Assembly: GCA_964462875.1 (NCBI GenBank)
Contig: CAYWZQ010000010.1
Coordinates: 3,880-67,879 of the forward strand
Origin: an uncultured Nitrososphaerota archaeon
Lineage (GTDB): Archaea > Thermoproteota > Methanomethylicia > Culexarchaeales > Culexmicrobiaceae
Direction: 5' to 3'
DNA: 64,000 nt
Shown here: positions 9,323 through 18,298 of the stretch, piece by piece
Layout: each line of letters starts with the position of its first letter
Position numbering within the stretch: the stretch's first letter is position 1
Translations under genes and position numbers: made by a program
Notes under the pieces: model-generated
The model's input: only the letters and a program-made list of their open reading frames with translations
Database searches by the model: none
What the model was told of the DNA's origin: nothing

Positions 9323-10825
9323 TTGCATCCGAAAGAAAAGCTTGTACTCTTAAACTTATCTAATAATTTTGAGGAAATAGAGACAATAGCAAAGAAGGCG
9401 AAAATAAGTGTAGATACAGTTAATTGGGCCGCTAGATTACTTAAGAAAAAGGGTTTCGTTGAGATAAAAGAAGAGATAACTATCCACTATGATTTAGGTG
9501 AAGAAGGAAAAAGGTATATTGTAGAAGACTTTCCAGAAGTAAGACTTGTAAAGAAGATTAAGGAAAAAGGCGGAAGAGCTGAATTAAGTGAATTAACATT
9601 GAAAGATGATGAAAAGAAGTACGGTATAGCATGGGCTTTAAAGAGGAGCTGGATTAAGATAGAACGCTTGGAAGGCAAGAGAGTATTTAGGCTAACAGAG
9701 GAAGGCAAGAAAGTCTTAAAAAGCATATACAAACCCAAGCAGATTCTCACCAAGTTAATTGAAAGGCAATCTCTTACAAGTGAGGACATGGAAGTACTAC
9801 AGGAACTCAAACGCAGGGGAAACATAGTGAAAGAGAAATATCTGAAAAAAGTGAAGATACGACTAACCAAGCTTGGATGCGAAGCAGTTAAACTTGTGAA
9901 ACCAATAGAGGAGGTAAATGAACTAACAAGAGAACTAATAATTACTGGTAAATGGAAGAACGTATATATAAGACCATATAACATTGAAACTCCAGCTGTA
10001 ATCCCAGTCAGGGGGAAGAAGCACCCTTATAGAGAGATAATTGATGAAATACGTGAGGTACTCATAGGATTGGGCTTTGAGGAAGTTATGAGTCCTCCAA
10101 TAGAAGTTAACTTCTGGAACTGTGATGCTCTTTTCATGCCATCAGATCATCCAGCTAGAGGAATACACGATATATTCTACTTGAAGGGAAACATCGAGAA
10201 GAGTGAAGTAGCTAGAAATGAGGAGTGGGAACGAATCAAGCAAACACATGAAAACGGTTGGAAGACTGGTTCAGTAGGCTGGGGGCATTGGGATCCGAAA
10301 CTAGCTCTAAGGCTAATACTAAGAAGTCAAACAACTGCTGTATCCGTTAGATATTTATCAACACTAAGTCCAAGAGACTTGCCTAAGAAGATTTTTACAA
10401 TTGATAGAAACTATAGACCGGATAGAATAGACTCGACGCACCTCCCAGAGTTCAATCAATGTGAAGGAATTGTAGTGGCTAAAAATGTCAATTTGAGACA
10501 CTTAATAGGCTACATTAAGGCTATTGCAGAGGCTTTTGGAATCAAGGAAGTAAAATTTCAACCAGCATTCTTCCCATTTACTGAGCCAAGTGTGGTGGGT
10601 TATATAAAGCATCCAAAGCTGGGATGGATTGAAGCACTACCCGGAGGCATCTTTAGGCCAGAAGTTGTTAAGCCATTAGGATTAGACATCCCAGTTTTAG
10701 CATGGGGTTTAGGGATTGATAGGTTAGCAATGGTAGTACTGGGAATAGACGACATAAGAATGCTTTTTACACATGATTTAGAATGGCTTAGGAGAAAGCC
10801 CATACCATCAATTTGGAGGAAATAG
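9323..10825 (+). CDS. pheS: Phenylalanine--tRNA ligase alpha subunit
   Basis: Class II core motifs (FMPSDHPARG, FRPD..D.THLPEFNQCEG, GLGIDRLAM). The start is uncertain: TTG 9323 is the first canonical start, but the frame is open from 9248. Confidence 0.93.
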   Translation: MHPKEKLVLLNLSNNFEEIETIAKKAKISVDTVNWAARLLKKKGFVEIKEEITIHYDLGEEGKRYIVEDFPEVRLVKKIKEKGGRAELSELTLKDDEKKYGIAWALKRSWIKIERLEGKRVFRLTEEGKKVLKSIYKPKQILTKLIERQSLTSEDMEVLQELKRRGNIVKEKYLKKVKIRLTKLGCEAVKLVKPIEEVNELTRELIITGKWKNVYIRPYNIETPAVIPVRGKKHPYREIIDEIREVLIGLGFEEVMSPPIEVNFWNCDALFMPSDHPARGIHDIFYLKGNIEKSEVARNEEWERIKQTHENGWKTGSVGWGHWDPKLALRLILRSQTTAVSVRYLSTLSPRDLPKKIFTIDRNYRPDRIDSTHLPEFNQCEGIVVAKNVNLRHLIGYIKAIAEAFGIKEVKFQPAFFPFTEPSVVGYIKHPKLGWIEALPGGIFRPEVVKPLGLDIPVLAWGLGIDRLAMVVLGIDDIRMLFTHDLEWLRRKPIPSIWRK

Positions 10826-10826
10826 C

Positions 10827-12530
10827 ATGCCGACAATAAACATTGATTTAGTTGAGTTAAGGAGATTGAGCGGAATAAGTGATTTAAATAAAATAGAATA
10901 CGCTATAACTCAGCTTAAAGGGGAAATAAAGGGTTGTGAAAATGATGAGATAATAGTTGAGCTCGAGCCAGATAGACCTGATCTGCTCAGCGTTGAAGGC
11001 TTGGCAAGAGCATTAAGAGGATTTCTAGAAATAGAAGTAGGGATCGTAGAAAAATATATAAAAACACCTCGAAAGTCTGGACTTAAGGTTTTGGTTGAAA
11101 ACGCTCATACCAGACCATACATTGCATGTGCTATTGTCCGTAATCTGAAACTTGACAGTAGAGCTGTGAAAAATCTAATGAGGATGCAGGAAGCTCTGCA
11201 CTTAACCTTGGGAAGAAACAGAAGAAAGGTTGCAATTGGATTTCACGATTTAAGAGCAATAGAGCCACCAATAATATATACTGAAGTTGATTCATCAAGA
11301 AGAATGATTCCTCTCGATATGTCGCTCGAAATGAGCTTAAGAGAAATATTAAGAAAGCATCCAAAGGGACTGGAATATGGACATTTAGTTAAAGATAAAT
11401 GTCCAGTCTATATTGACAGGAAGGGAATTTTCAGTTTCCCACCAGTTATTAATAGCGAGAGAACGCGAGTTACCGAAAAGACTAGGGAGCTATTTATTGA
11501 ATTAACAGGAACAGATGAAAGAGCTGTAATTCAAACATTAAACATACTAGTGGCCAATCTAATCGACAGGAATGGCGAAATAGAGTCAGTTAAAATTTAT
11601 TATAAGAATAGAGACATCATTAGGGAAACACCGGAACTGAAGGCGAAAAGCATAAAAATATCACTAAAACGCGTTCTGAACCTAATAGGCTTAAGCTTGT
11701 CGGCAGAAGAAGTGAAAAAGCTGCTCAGAAAAATGCAATATGAAATTAAAGAAAGCTCAAGCAATTATCTTGAAGTTATAATTCCACCTTATCGAGTCGA
11801 CATATTGCATGAAGTTGACATAGCTGAGGACATTGCAATAGCATATGGATACGATAGACTCACACCAGAATTACCAAATATAGTAACTATAGGTAGACCA
11901 GCACCATCTGAAATTCTGGAGGCGAAAATCAGGCAATCGCTAATTGGAATGGGCTTTCAAGAAGTATTGACATTCACATTATCAAGTAGAAAACTGCAAA
12001 TAGAACTTATGAATCTTGAAGAGAAGGTTAAGCTTGTTGAGATAGAGAATCCAATCTCAGCTGAAATGAATGTTTATAGGAGATGGATAACACCACATTT
12101 AATGAAATTTCTCTCCCTAAACAAACATGTGAAATATCCGCAGAGAATATTTGAGATAGGATATGTGGCCGTGCCGATAAGCAATAATAAGATAGTGACC
12201 TTGAGAAATACAGCAGCTGCTATTGCATCTACAAAAATATCATTCAGTGACCTGCAGGGAGTTCTCGAAGGGTTAATGAAAGACCTGGACCTAAACATCA
12301 CACTTAAAAGATTTGAACATCCATCATATATACCTGGAAGGACTGCCGCAATTTACCTGAATGAAAGAATGATAGGAATTATTGGAGAAATACACCCACA
12401 AGTACTTAATAACTTTGAAGTTGAAGTTCCAGTTATAGCATTTGAAATAACGCACTACAAGCCAACATATCCCAATAGTACTAGTAAAGCTGAGTCTATA
12501 TACGATGGTGTAACAGCACTATGGATTTGA
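10827..12530 (+). CDS. pheT: Phenylalanine--tRNA ligase beta subunit
   Basis: 567 aa directly after pheS, with archaeal PheT B3/4 and B5 domain-like sequence (PDRPDLLSVEGLARALRGFL). Confidence 0.9.
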   Translation: MPTINIDLVELRRLSGISDLNKIEYAITQLKGEIKGCENDEIIVELEPDRPDLLSVEGLARALRGFLEIEVGIVEKYIKTPRKSGLKVLVENAHTRPYIACAIVRNLKLDSRAVKNLMRMQEALHLTLGRNRRKVAIGFHDLRAIEPPIIYTEVDSSRRMIPLDMSLEMSLREILRKHPKGLEYGHLVKDKCPVYIDRKGIFSFPPVINSERTRVTEKTRELFIELTGTDERAVIQTLNILVANLIDRNGEIESVKIYYKNRDIIRETPELKAKSIKISLKRVLNLIGLSLSAEEVKKLLRKMQYEIKESSSNYLEVIIPPYRVDILHEVDIAEDIAIAYGYDRLTPELPNIVTIGRPAPSEILEAKIRQSLIGMGFQEVLTFTLSSRKLQIELMNLEEKVKLVEIENPISAEMNVYRRWITPHLMKFLSLNKHVKYPQRIFEIGYVAVPISNNKIVTLRNTAAAIASTKISFSDLQGVLEGLMKDLDLNITLKRFEHPSYIPGRTAAIYLNERMIGIIGEIHPQVLNNFEVEVPVIAFEITHYKPTYPNSTSKAESIYDGVTALWI

Positions 12531-12590
12531 ATTATAAACTAAAAGTAAGAGATAAATGCTCAGATCATCTCAAAGAATTAAGGTGGAAAA

Positions 12591-12746
12591 ATGCCAACTT
12601 GCCCGATTTGTGGAGCTGAAGTCGAGGAGTCAAAGATGATAAAATGTGAAATGTGCTTCCTAAAAGTATGCCCTAACTGCGCTACTGAACGAGAAGGTAT
12701 GAAAGTGTGCATTAGATGCGCAAAGTTCATGGACATGGTCGGGTAA
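12591..12746 (+). CDS. Small zinc-ribbon protein (51 aa, four CxxC pairs); below the ORF-track size cutoff
   Basis: ATG preceded by AAGGTGG. Translation MPTCPICGAEVEESKMIKCEMCFLKVCPNCATEREGMKVCIRCAKFMDMVG has CPIC, CEMC, CPNC, CIRC. It lies antisense to track ORF 12578..12829, which looks spurious. Confidence 0.6.
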   Translation: MPTCPICGAEVEESKMIKCEMCFLKVCPNCATEREGMKVCIRCAKFMDMVG

Positions 12747-12787
12747 AACTCAACTAATATTAAGTCTAGGAATTGAAAAAGCTGTGA

Positions 12788-12862
12788 AGCCCCGGGCGGG
12801 ATTTGAACCCGCGACCACTGCCTTACCAAGGCAGCGCTCTAACCTGACTGAGCTACCGGGGC
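12788..12862 (-). tRNA. tRNA-Thr (anticodon GGU)
   Basis: Reverse complement GCCCCGGTAGCTCAGTCAGG...; anticodon loop UUGGUAA; T-loop GGTTCAAATCC; no encoded CCA. Confidence 0.9.
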
Positions 12863-12919
12863 TCCAAAGCTATCACTATCAATTATTTGGCAGTACATTA
12901 TTAACTTTGTGGAAGAAAA

Positions 12920-13831
12920 CTATTTTGTGGTTATTATCACACCATCCCTCTTAACTATGACGGTATGCTCTGCTTGAGCAACAATTCCCCCCGAAATCTC
13001 TCTAAGAACTGGATATTCATGGAGAGCCCCTTCCTTAACAAACTTCTTGAGAAGCAGTTTAACTTCATGGGAAGGAAAGAAATCCACTAACCAACGCTCA
13101 GAAAATGGGAGATTTCTAAATTTACTTTTAATTACTTTCAGGAATTTCTTTTCTCGCTTGTTATTTGCACCTTTAACTTTAATGAAATTATATATATATG
13201 CTTTATTTAAATCTCCAACCATTCCAACACCCGTAGTTGAAAAGGGTTCAATGGCATATACCTCTCCCTCAAGTATTTTCCCCTTACAATTCTCAGCAAT
13301 ATTTGGTATGCTTTTTCCTCCATGGAGCAGGTATCTCTTCATTAAATGCCCTGATAGATTTTTTATGGGCTTAAAGCCATAACGCTTAATTGTTTTCTCA
13401 ATTATCGATGAAATTTTCCTCACTTCTACTCCTGCTTTAATTGCACATAGGGCTTCATTAAGTGCTTCCTCAGCTGACTCAACTAAATCACTTAATTGCT
13501 GATTAAAGCATATGGTTTTCGCAGTATCAGCTATATATCCATCTATATGAACACCAACATCAATTTTCACTAAAGCTCCCTCAGGTATTACAGTTTTATC
13601 TTCAATAGGAGACGAGTAATGCGCTGCTATATCATCTATAGAAACATTACATGGAAAAGCAGGCTTTCCACCCAGCTCAATTATCCGCTTCTCAACTTGA
13701 TTACATATCTCAATTACGGGGACCCCAGGCTTCGTGATATTGATTGCATAATCGAGGACTTTCTTAGCTATTCTCCCAGCCCTTAATAGTTTCTCTTCTT
13801 CAATCTCATCACATCTTCTAGAAGAAAGCAT
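12920..13831 (-). CDS. map: Methionine aminopeptidase, type 2 (archaeal)
   Basis: EKLLRAGRIAKKVLDYA...GGKPAFPCNVSIDDIAAHY...DVGVHIDGYIAD...AQAEHTVIV pattern. Confidence 0.9.
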   Translation of the reverse strand: MLSSRRCDEIEEEKLLRAGRIAKKVLDYAINITKPGVPVIEICNQVEKRIIELGGKPAFPCNVSIDDIAAHYSSPIEDKTVIPEGALVKIDVGVHIDGYIADTAKTICFNQQLSDLVESAEEALNEALCAIKAGVEVRKISSIIEKTIKRYGFKPIKNLSGHLMKRYLLHGGKSIPNIAENCKGKILEGEVYAIEPFSTTGVGMVGDLNKAYIYNFIKVKGANNKREKKFLKVIKSKFRNLPFSERWLVDFFPSHEVKLLLKKFVKEGALHEYPVLREISGGIVAQAEHTVIVKRDGVIITTK

Positions 13832-13907
13832 TGGCCTACTCCCATGAGCAATTATGGAGAAAGAAAGCTTAAAATCTTGCTGGTAGATAGTAGTGTAGCG
13901 GAAATAA

Positions 13908-13985
13908 GGGCCCGTAGCTCAGCCTGGTTAGAGCACTCGGCTGATAACCGAGGGGTCGTGGGTTCAAATCCCACCGGGCCCACCA
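13908..13985 (+). tRNA. tRNA-Ile (anticodon GAU), CCA encoded
   Basis: GGGCCCGTAGCTCAGCCTGG...; anticodon loop CUGAUAA; T-loop GGTTCAAATCC. Confidence 0.9.
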
Positions 13986-14088
13986 TCTTTAAAGATCATC
14001 AATAGAAATCGCTTAACCATATTTACTAAAAATTTCATAAATATTTAAATTCACTAAAAAATTAAATTAAGAAAGAAAATTCATTAGC

Positions 14089-14499
14089 CTATATTATCGA
14101 GGTTATTATTACTTTAATTTGCTTAATACCTCGAATACTAGATAATGCTTTCATTAACTCTTTTATGCGATTTGAATCACCTCTTAACGCGATTATTTCC
14201 AAGCAATTGCGCTCATCAAGGTGTATGTGCATTGCTGAAGTAATAACATCAATGTAGTGATGCTGCACATGCGTTAATGAATCCTCCAACCCTTTTATCG
14301 TATGATCGAAAAAAAGAAGAATTGCACCTGCACTTTCACCTGAAATTTCATGCATCCACCTATAATCGCTTATTAGGTTTCTCATTGCGACTTGAATAGC
14401 TTTAGATCTATCTTTAAAGCCCATCTTTTTAGCTACCTCATCAAATTCTCTAAGTAATTCCATTGGAACTGAAACTCCAAACCTAACTACAGGAGACAT
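14089..14499 (-). CDS. nikR: NikR-family nickel-responsive transcriptional regulator
   Basis: N-terminal ribbon-helix-helix (VRFGVSVPMELLREFDEVAKKMGFKDRSKAIQVAMRNLI) plus a C-terminal His-rich metal-binding domain (HVQHHY...HIHLD). Confidence 0.8.
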   Translation of the reverse strand: MSPVVRFGVSVPMELLREFDEVAKKMGFKDRSKAIQVAMRNLISDYRWMHEISGESAGAILLFFDHTIKGLEDSLTHVQHHYIDVITSAMHIHLDERNCLEIIALRGDSNRIKELMKALSSIRGIKQIKVIITSII

Positions 14500-14556
14500 A
14501 GCATAACACCTTGCCTTAAACTCAATGTAAACTATTAGGAAAAGGTAATATTAAGC

Positions 14557-14571
14557 TTTACATAATGTAAA
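14557..14571. promoter_or_regulatory. Perfect 7-1-7 palindrome TTTACAT-A-ATGTAAA upstream of nikR; a third ATGTAAA copy lies at about 14525-14531
   Basis: Read directly in the 117-nt region between the nikR start (14499) and tRNA-Ala. Candidate NikR autoregulatory operator. Confidence 0.3.
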
Positions 14572-14616
14572 AAGTGCTAAATCATTTTCCGCACTAGCTG
14601 ATTTCTTAGTAAAAGG

Positions 14617-14693
14617 TGGTGGACCGGGCGGGATTTGAACCCGCGACCTTCCGCGTGCGAGGCGGACGCTCTTCCAGACTGAGCTACCGGCCC
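14617..14693 (-). tRNA. tRNA-Ala (anticodon CGC), CCA encoded
   Basis: Reverse complement GGGCCGGTAGCTCAG...; G3:U70 identity pair in the acceptor stem; anticodon loop CUCGCAC. Confidence 0.9.
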
Positions 14694-14779
14694 GAGGTAG
14701 AAATAAAATGCTGTCACCAATATTAATTTTATGTTAAAGATCAAGCTTTAAATCAAATTTTCGCTGAGATTTAAGTATA

Positions 14780-15543
14780 GTGATAAGACTTGCCATAGAA
14801 ATAGTTAAAACTGGGATACTTGGAATGGATGAAATACTCCATGGAGGAATTCCTAGACGAAACGTAGTTTTATCATCAGAGGAGCTGGAACCGGAAAATC
14901 GATATTTGCACAGCAATTTCTCTACAATGGACTACTCAAAGGAGAGCCAGGAGTTCTAGTAGCACTTGAAGAGCCTCCAGTCCAAGTTAGAATAAATATG
15001 GCTCAATTTGGATGGGATATTAGAAGATTTGAGGAAGACGGACTAGGGCAATAGTTGACGCATTTACCGGTGGAATAGGTGAAGCTGCAAAAAGAGAGAA
15101 ATATGTAGTTCCAGCACCAGATGACTTTGCATCACTAATTGACGTTATAAGAAAGGCTATAAGGGATGTGAAAGCAAAGAGAGCAGTTATAGACTCAGTA
15201 ACTACGCTTTATATAACAAAACACGCCATTGCAAGAGCCATAGTTATGCAGCTGAAAAGTTCCTTCAGGATTGGGCTGCACATCGATATTGGTTTCCCAA
15301 GTCAGCATGACTGAGCGGGGATTTGAGGAACCTGGAGATGAACATGCAGCTGATGACATTATTAGACTTGACTTAGATGAAATACAGGGAAAGCTGTACA
15401 GAAGTTTAATAGTATGGAAAATGAGAGGAACATCACATAGCATGAACAGGCATCCATTTGACATCACTGATCGAGGCATAGTAGTGTACCCCCATAAGAC
15501 ATTCAGCTTAGGTCGGGGATTTATCGAGGAGGAGGGAGAGTAA
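14780..15543 (+). pseudogene. KaiC-like / RecA-superfamily ATPase gene disrupted by at least three frameshifts
   Basis: Homologous segments lie in three different frames. They are [31 protein letters not shown]; [56 protein letters not shown] (Walker A); [21 protein letters not shown]...VIDSVTTLY; and [19 protein letters not shown]...[30 protein letters not shown]. Only the last piece appears in the ORF track (15271..15543). Confidence 0.75.
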
Positions 15544-15612
15544 ATAGGGGAAATCGAAATTACCTTAACATCTATTGGTAGAGAGGAAATTCATAGATTA
15601 GAAGCTGCACTA

Positions 15613-16024
15613 TTGATTGAAACCATACTTAGACCGGAGGTTCTGGAAATGTTAAGGAAATCAACTGAAAGATTAACATGGGTTGACTCGCTTGCAGTAG
15701 CTGTTGGAGCGATAGCACGTGAAAGAGCCAAAATGCCAATATCAAAAATAGCAGAGGAATTTGGAAGAACAGAAGCCACCATAAGAAATCGCTTAGCCGG
15801 AAAACAGAGCAGGACAACTAGTTAGAGAAACATTACAAAAATTCATTAGAGAAGGTTAAATTAGAAATACCAATTATGCCTGCGAAAGAACTGGACAGAC
15901 TAAAAAGCAAAATCAAAGAGCTCGAAGATGAGTTAAAGAAGAAAAGAGAAAAAGAATGAAAGCTAAGGCACTAATAAAGGAGATAAGAAAAGCACTGGAT
16001 AACATTTTAGCTAAACTTCAGTAA
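15613..16024 (+). pseudogene. HTH-type regulator-like gene downstream of the KaiC-like remnant, apparently frame-disrupted
   Basis: The 70-aa ORF (...MPISKIAEEFGRTEATIRNRLAGK) stops, but plausible continuations lie in other frames: AGQLVRETLQKFIREG, then a KVKLEIPIMPAKELDRLKSKIKELEDELKKKREKE coiled coil, then MKAKALIKEIRKALDNILAKLQ. Confidence 0.45.
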
Positions 16025-16066
16025 AGAAGCGAAACATTAAATTCGAACTATACAAGAATTCTATTC

Positions 16067-16143
16067 GGGCGGGTCGTCTAGTTGGTTAGGATGCCGCCCT
16101 GACGCGGCGGTGGTCGTGGGTTCGAATCCCACCCCGCCCACCA
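16067..16143 (+). tRNA. tRNA-Val (anticodon GAC), CCA encoded
   Basis: GGGCGGGTCGTCTAGTTGG...; anticodon stem CCGCC/GGCGG; loop CUGACGC; T-loop GGTTCGAATCC. Confidence 0.9.
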
Positions 16144-16566
16144 CACCAATAAAAACAATTCATAAGCACTCATGAACTGAAGTAGCTTCGCAAATATTTT
16201 GTCATTAATTCTCCTCTCCACTCCACAACTTCGATAAGTAGCTGGGAGAAACTCCCAGTTTCCTGCAGAATATTTTCCTCTGCCTACTCAGGTAATGAAG
16301 AATTCTACGTCACAAATCTTGGTCAAACAATTTCATTACTTTGGACAATAAAGTCTGTCCAAAAACTTAATGTAAAGACTTGACAATTAGCTCACCACCA
16401 ACCTTTATATAACATGCAACTTTCAAAGCTTGCAACACCAAGATCATTATCGCGAAGCGGTAATTATGTTTGTTTGATCAATTCACTATTGTAAAATTAT
16501 TGATAACCATAAGAAATTTCTACCTTTCATTAGATGGATATTATTAGGTAATTGGGGCGATATGAT

Positions 16567-17457
16567 ATGGCATTTTATATTGAAGTTTTTGATCTTTGGA
16601 AAGTTTATGGGAATGTTACTGCTCTTAGAGGTATTTCTTTTAAGATTGATAGAAGTGGCGTGGTGGGTTTAATTGGACCAAATGGTGCTGGCAAGACTAC
16701 TTTAATTAGGATATTGTCTTGCCAATTAAAGCAGACTTCTGGAAGAGCTTTTGTTTTAGGCTATGAAGTTGGTAAGGATGACTACGAGATTAAGAAGCGG
16801 ATTGCACTACTTCCGCAGGGTGTAAAGGCACATTATTATCTTTTAGATCCATTTGACTACATCTATCACTACCTTAGAATTAGGGGGTTGAGTAGGAGAG
16901 AAGCGAAACTTGTGGCTCGCAGAGCTATGGAGGAATTCGATATTGATTTTTGGTATAGAAATGTAGTTGAGCTCTCGGAGGGTATGGTGAGAAAGACTTT
17001 ACTTGCAATGGTACTATCTTATGATGCTCAAATTTACTTTCTAGATGAACCTACTGCTGGTCTAGATCCCTCAGTTAGAATTAGCTTCTGGGAAAAATTG
17101 AGAGAAAAGTCCAGGGACTCTCTAATATTCATTACGAGCCACTACATGGATAAAATCTCAACTCTATGTGATGAAGTCCTGCTCTTAGATAAAGGATGCT
17201 TAATTGGGAGGGGTTCTCCAGAGGAAGTTGCTAGGAGATTTGTGAGGAAATATAGGAAGAAAGTGGTTGCTTTAGGTAGAGTTGATGAACTCGGCTATCA
17301 TGTTAAAGTAGTGGGACGGTACACATATGTTTACTTAGAAAGCGAAAGTGAAATTAATGAAGTTACTAGTAAGCTCATGCGCCTAGGATTGCCGTTTAGA
17401 ATTGAAGATGTGACTATTGAAGATTATTTCATTCTAGGTGAGCATGAATGGCATTAA
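16567..17457 (+). CDS. ABC transporter ATP-binding protein
   Basis: Walker A GPNGAGKTT, signature LSEGMVRK, Walker B IYFLDEPTAGLD. ATG 16567 is preferred over the TTG at 16552. Confidence 0.85.
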   Translation: MAFYIEVFDLWKVYGNVTALRGISFKIDRSGVVGLIGPNGAGKTTLIRILSCQLKQTSGRAFVLGYEVGKDDYEIKKRIALLPQGVKAHYYLLDPFDYIYHYLRIRGLSRREAKLVARRAMEEFDIDFWYRNVVELSEGMVRKTLLAMVLSYDAQIYFLDEPTAGLDPSVRISFWEKLREKSRDSLIFITSHYMDKISTLCDEVLLLDKGCLIGRGSPEEVARRFVRKYRKKVVALGRVDELGYHVKVVGRYTYVYLESESEINEVTSKLMRLGLPFRIEDVTIEDYFILGEHEWH

Positions 17458-18161
17458 TGGCGTTACTAGAGTACTATGCTAAGGCTTTCTTTAAGAGTAA
17501 AACTGCAATTATAGGTTATGGATTAGGGCCCATTTCATACATTTTTCTCATATCGATCGTAAGTAAAGGTAAAATGCTTCCAATAGCAATAATTGGAGGA
17601 ATAGTTACATTCGCCATTGATAGAGGCTTAGCAGACATTCCAATTGAGTTATCAGGAATGCGAGCTAGATCTAAGTTCTATGATATCTTTCTCTCACTTC
17701 CATTATCACCACTATCCTTCGCCATAGGCTTATCAATTGGAATGAGCCTCCCATCTCTACCATACTTATTATCTCTTATCATCACTTTAACAGTAATTAA
17801 GCAACTCGATTTCCTTAAGTTCTCCATGCTAATTATGGTGATAATTTCAATCTGGACTTGGAGCTCATTAACAGGCCTCTATATGGGTCTAAAGATTAAG
17901 GAACCAACAACTGCAATAAGACTTTCAACAATAACCATAACTGCATTAACCATCATTCCACCAGTCTACTATCCAATCGAGACCCTTCCCAAATCAATTT
18001 GCATGCCGCTCCTATTAATTCCAACTGCAAGCGCTACTTACGTAATTAGGTCACTTTACACACCATTACCATATAGAAATATTGCAGTAATCATCTTGGC
18101 ACTTTACTTGCTAATATCACTAATACTTGGAGTTAGAGTAATGAAGCTGAAGGAGGAGTAA
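17448..18161 (+). CDS. ABC-2-type transporter permease
   Basis: 237-aa polytopic membrane protein. Its start overlaps the ATPase stop by 10 nt. Confidence 0.7.
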   Translation: MALMALLEYYAKAFFKSKTAIIGYGLGPISYIFLISIVSKGKMLPIAIIGGIVTFAIDRGLADIPIELSGMRARSKFYDIFLSLPLSPLSFAIGLSIGMSLPSLPYLLSLIITLTVIKQLDFLKFSMLIMVIISIWTWSSLTGLYMGLKIKEPTTAIRLSTITITALTIIPPVYYPIETLPKSICMPLLLIPTASATYVIRSLYTPLPYRNIAVIILALYLLISLILGVRVMKLKEE

Positions 18162-18298
18162 TAAATGCAAAATAAAGCACTTGCATTGTTAAAGCATCCT
18201 AACTTCAATAGTACCATTTTAAAGCAATGTGTTCAATCCTTGATTTTCTAAGCCATGAGACTCGTCACTAATTATTGTGAAAACACGCTTCTAGGGGG

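Noticed and set aside
12578-12829. 83-aa minus-strand ORF
   Set aside because: It runs antisense to a better-supported SD-preceded zinc-ribbon ORF and reads through the tRNA-Thr gene.
14780-15543. Programmed ribosomal frameshifting as an explanation for the split KaiC-like gene
   Set aside because: There are three separate shifts in different directions with in-frame stops. A similarly broken neighbour is also more consistent with decay, or with sequencing error, than with recoding.
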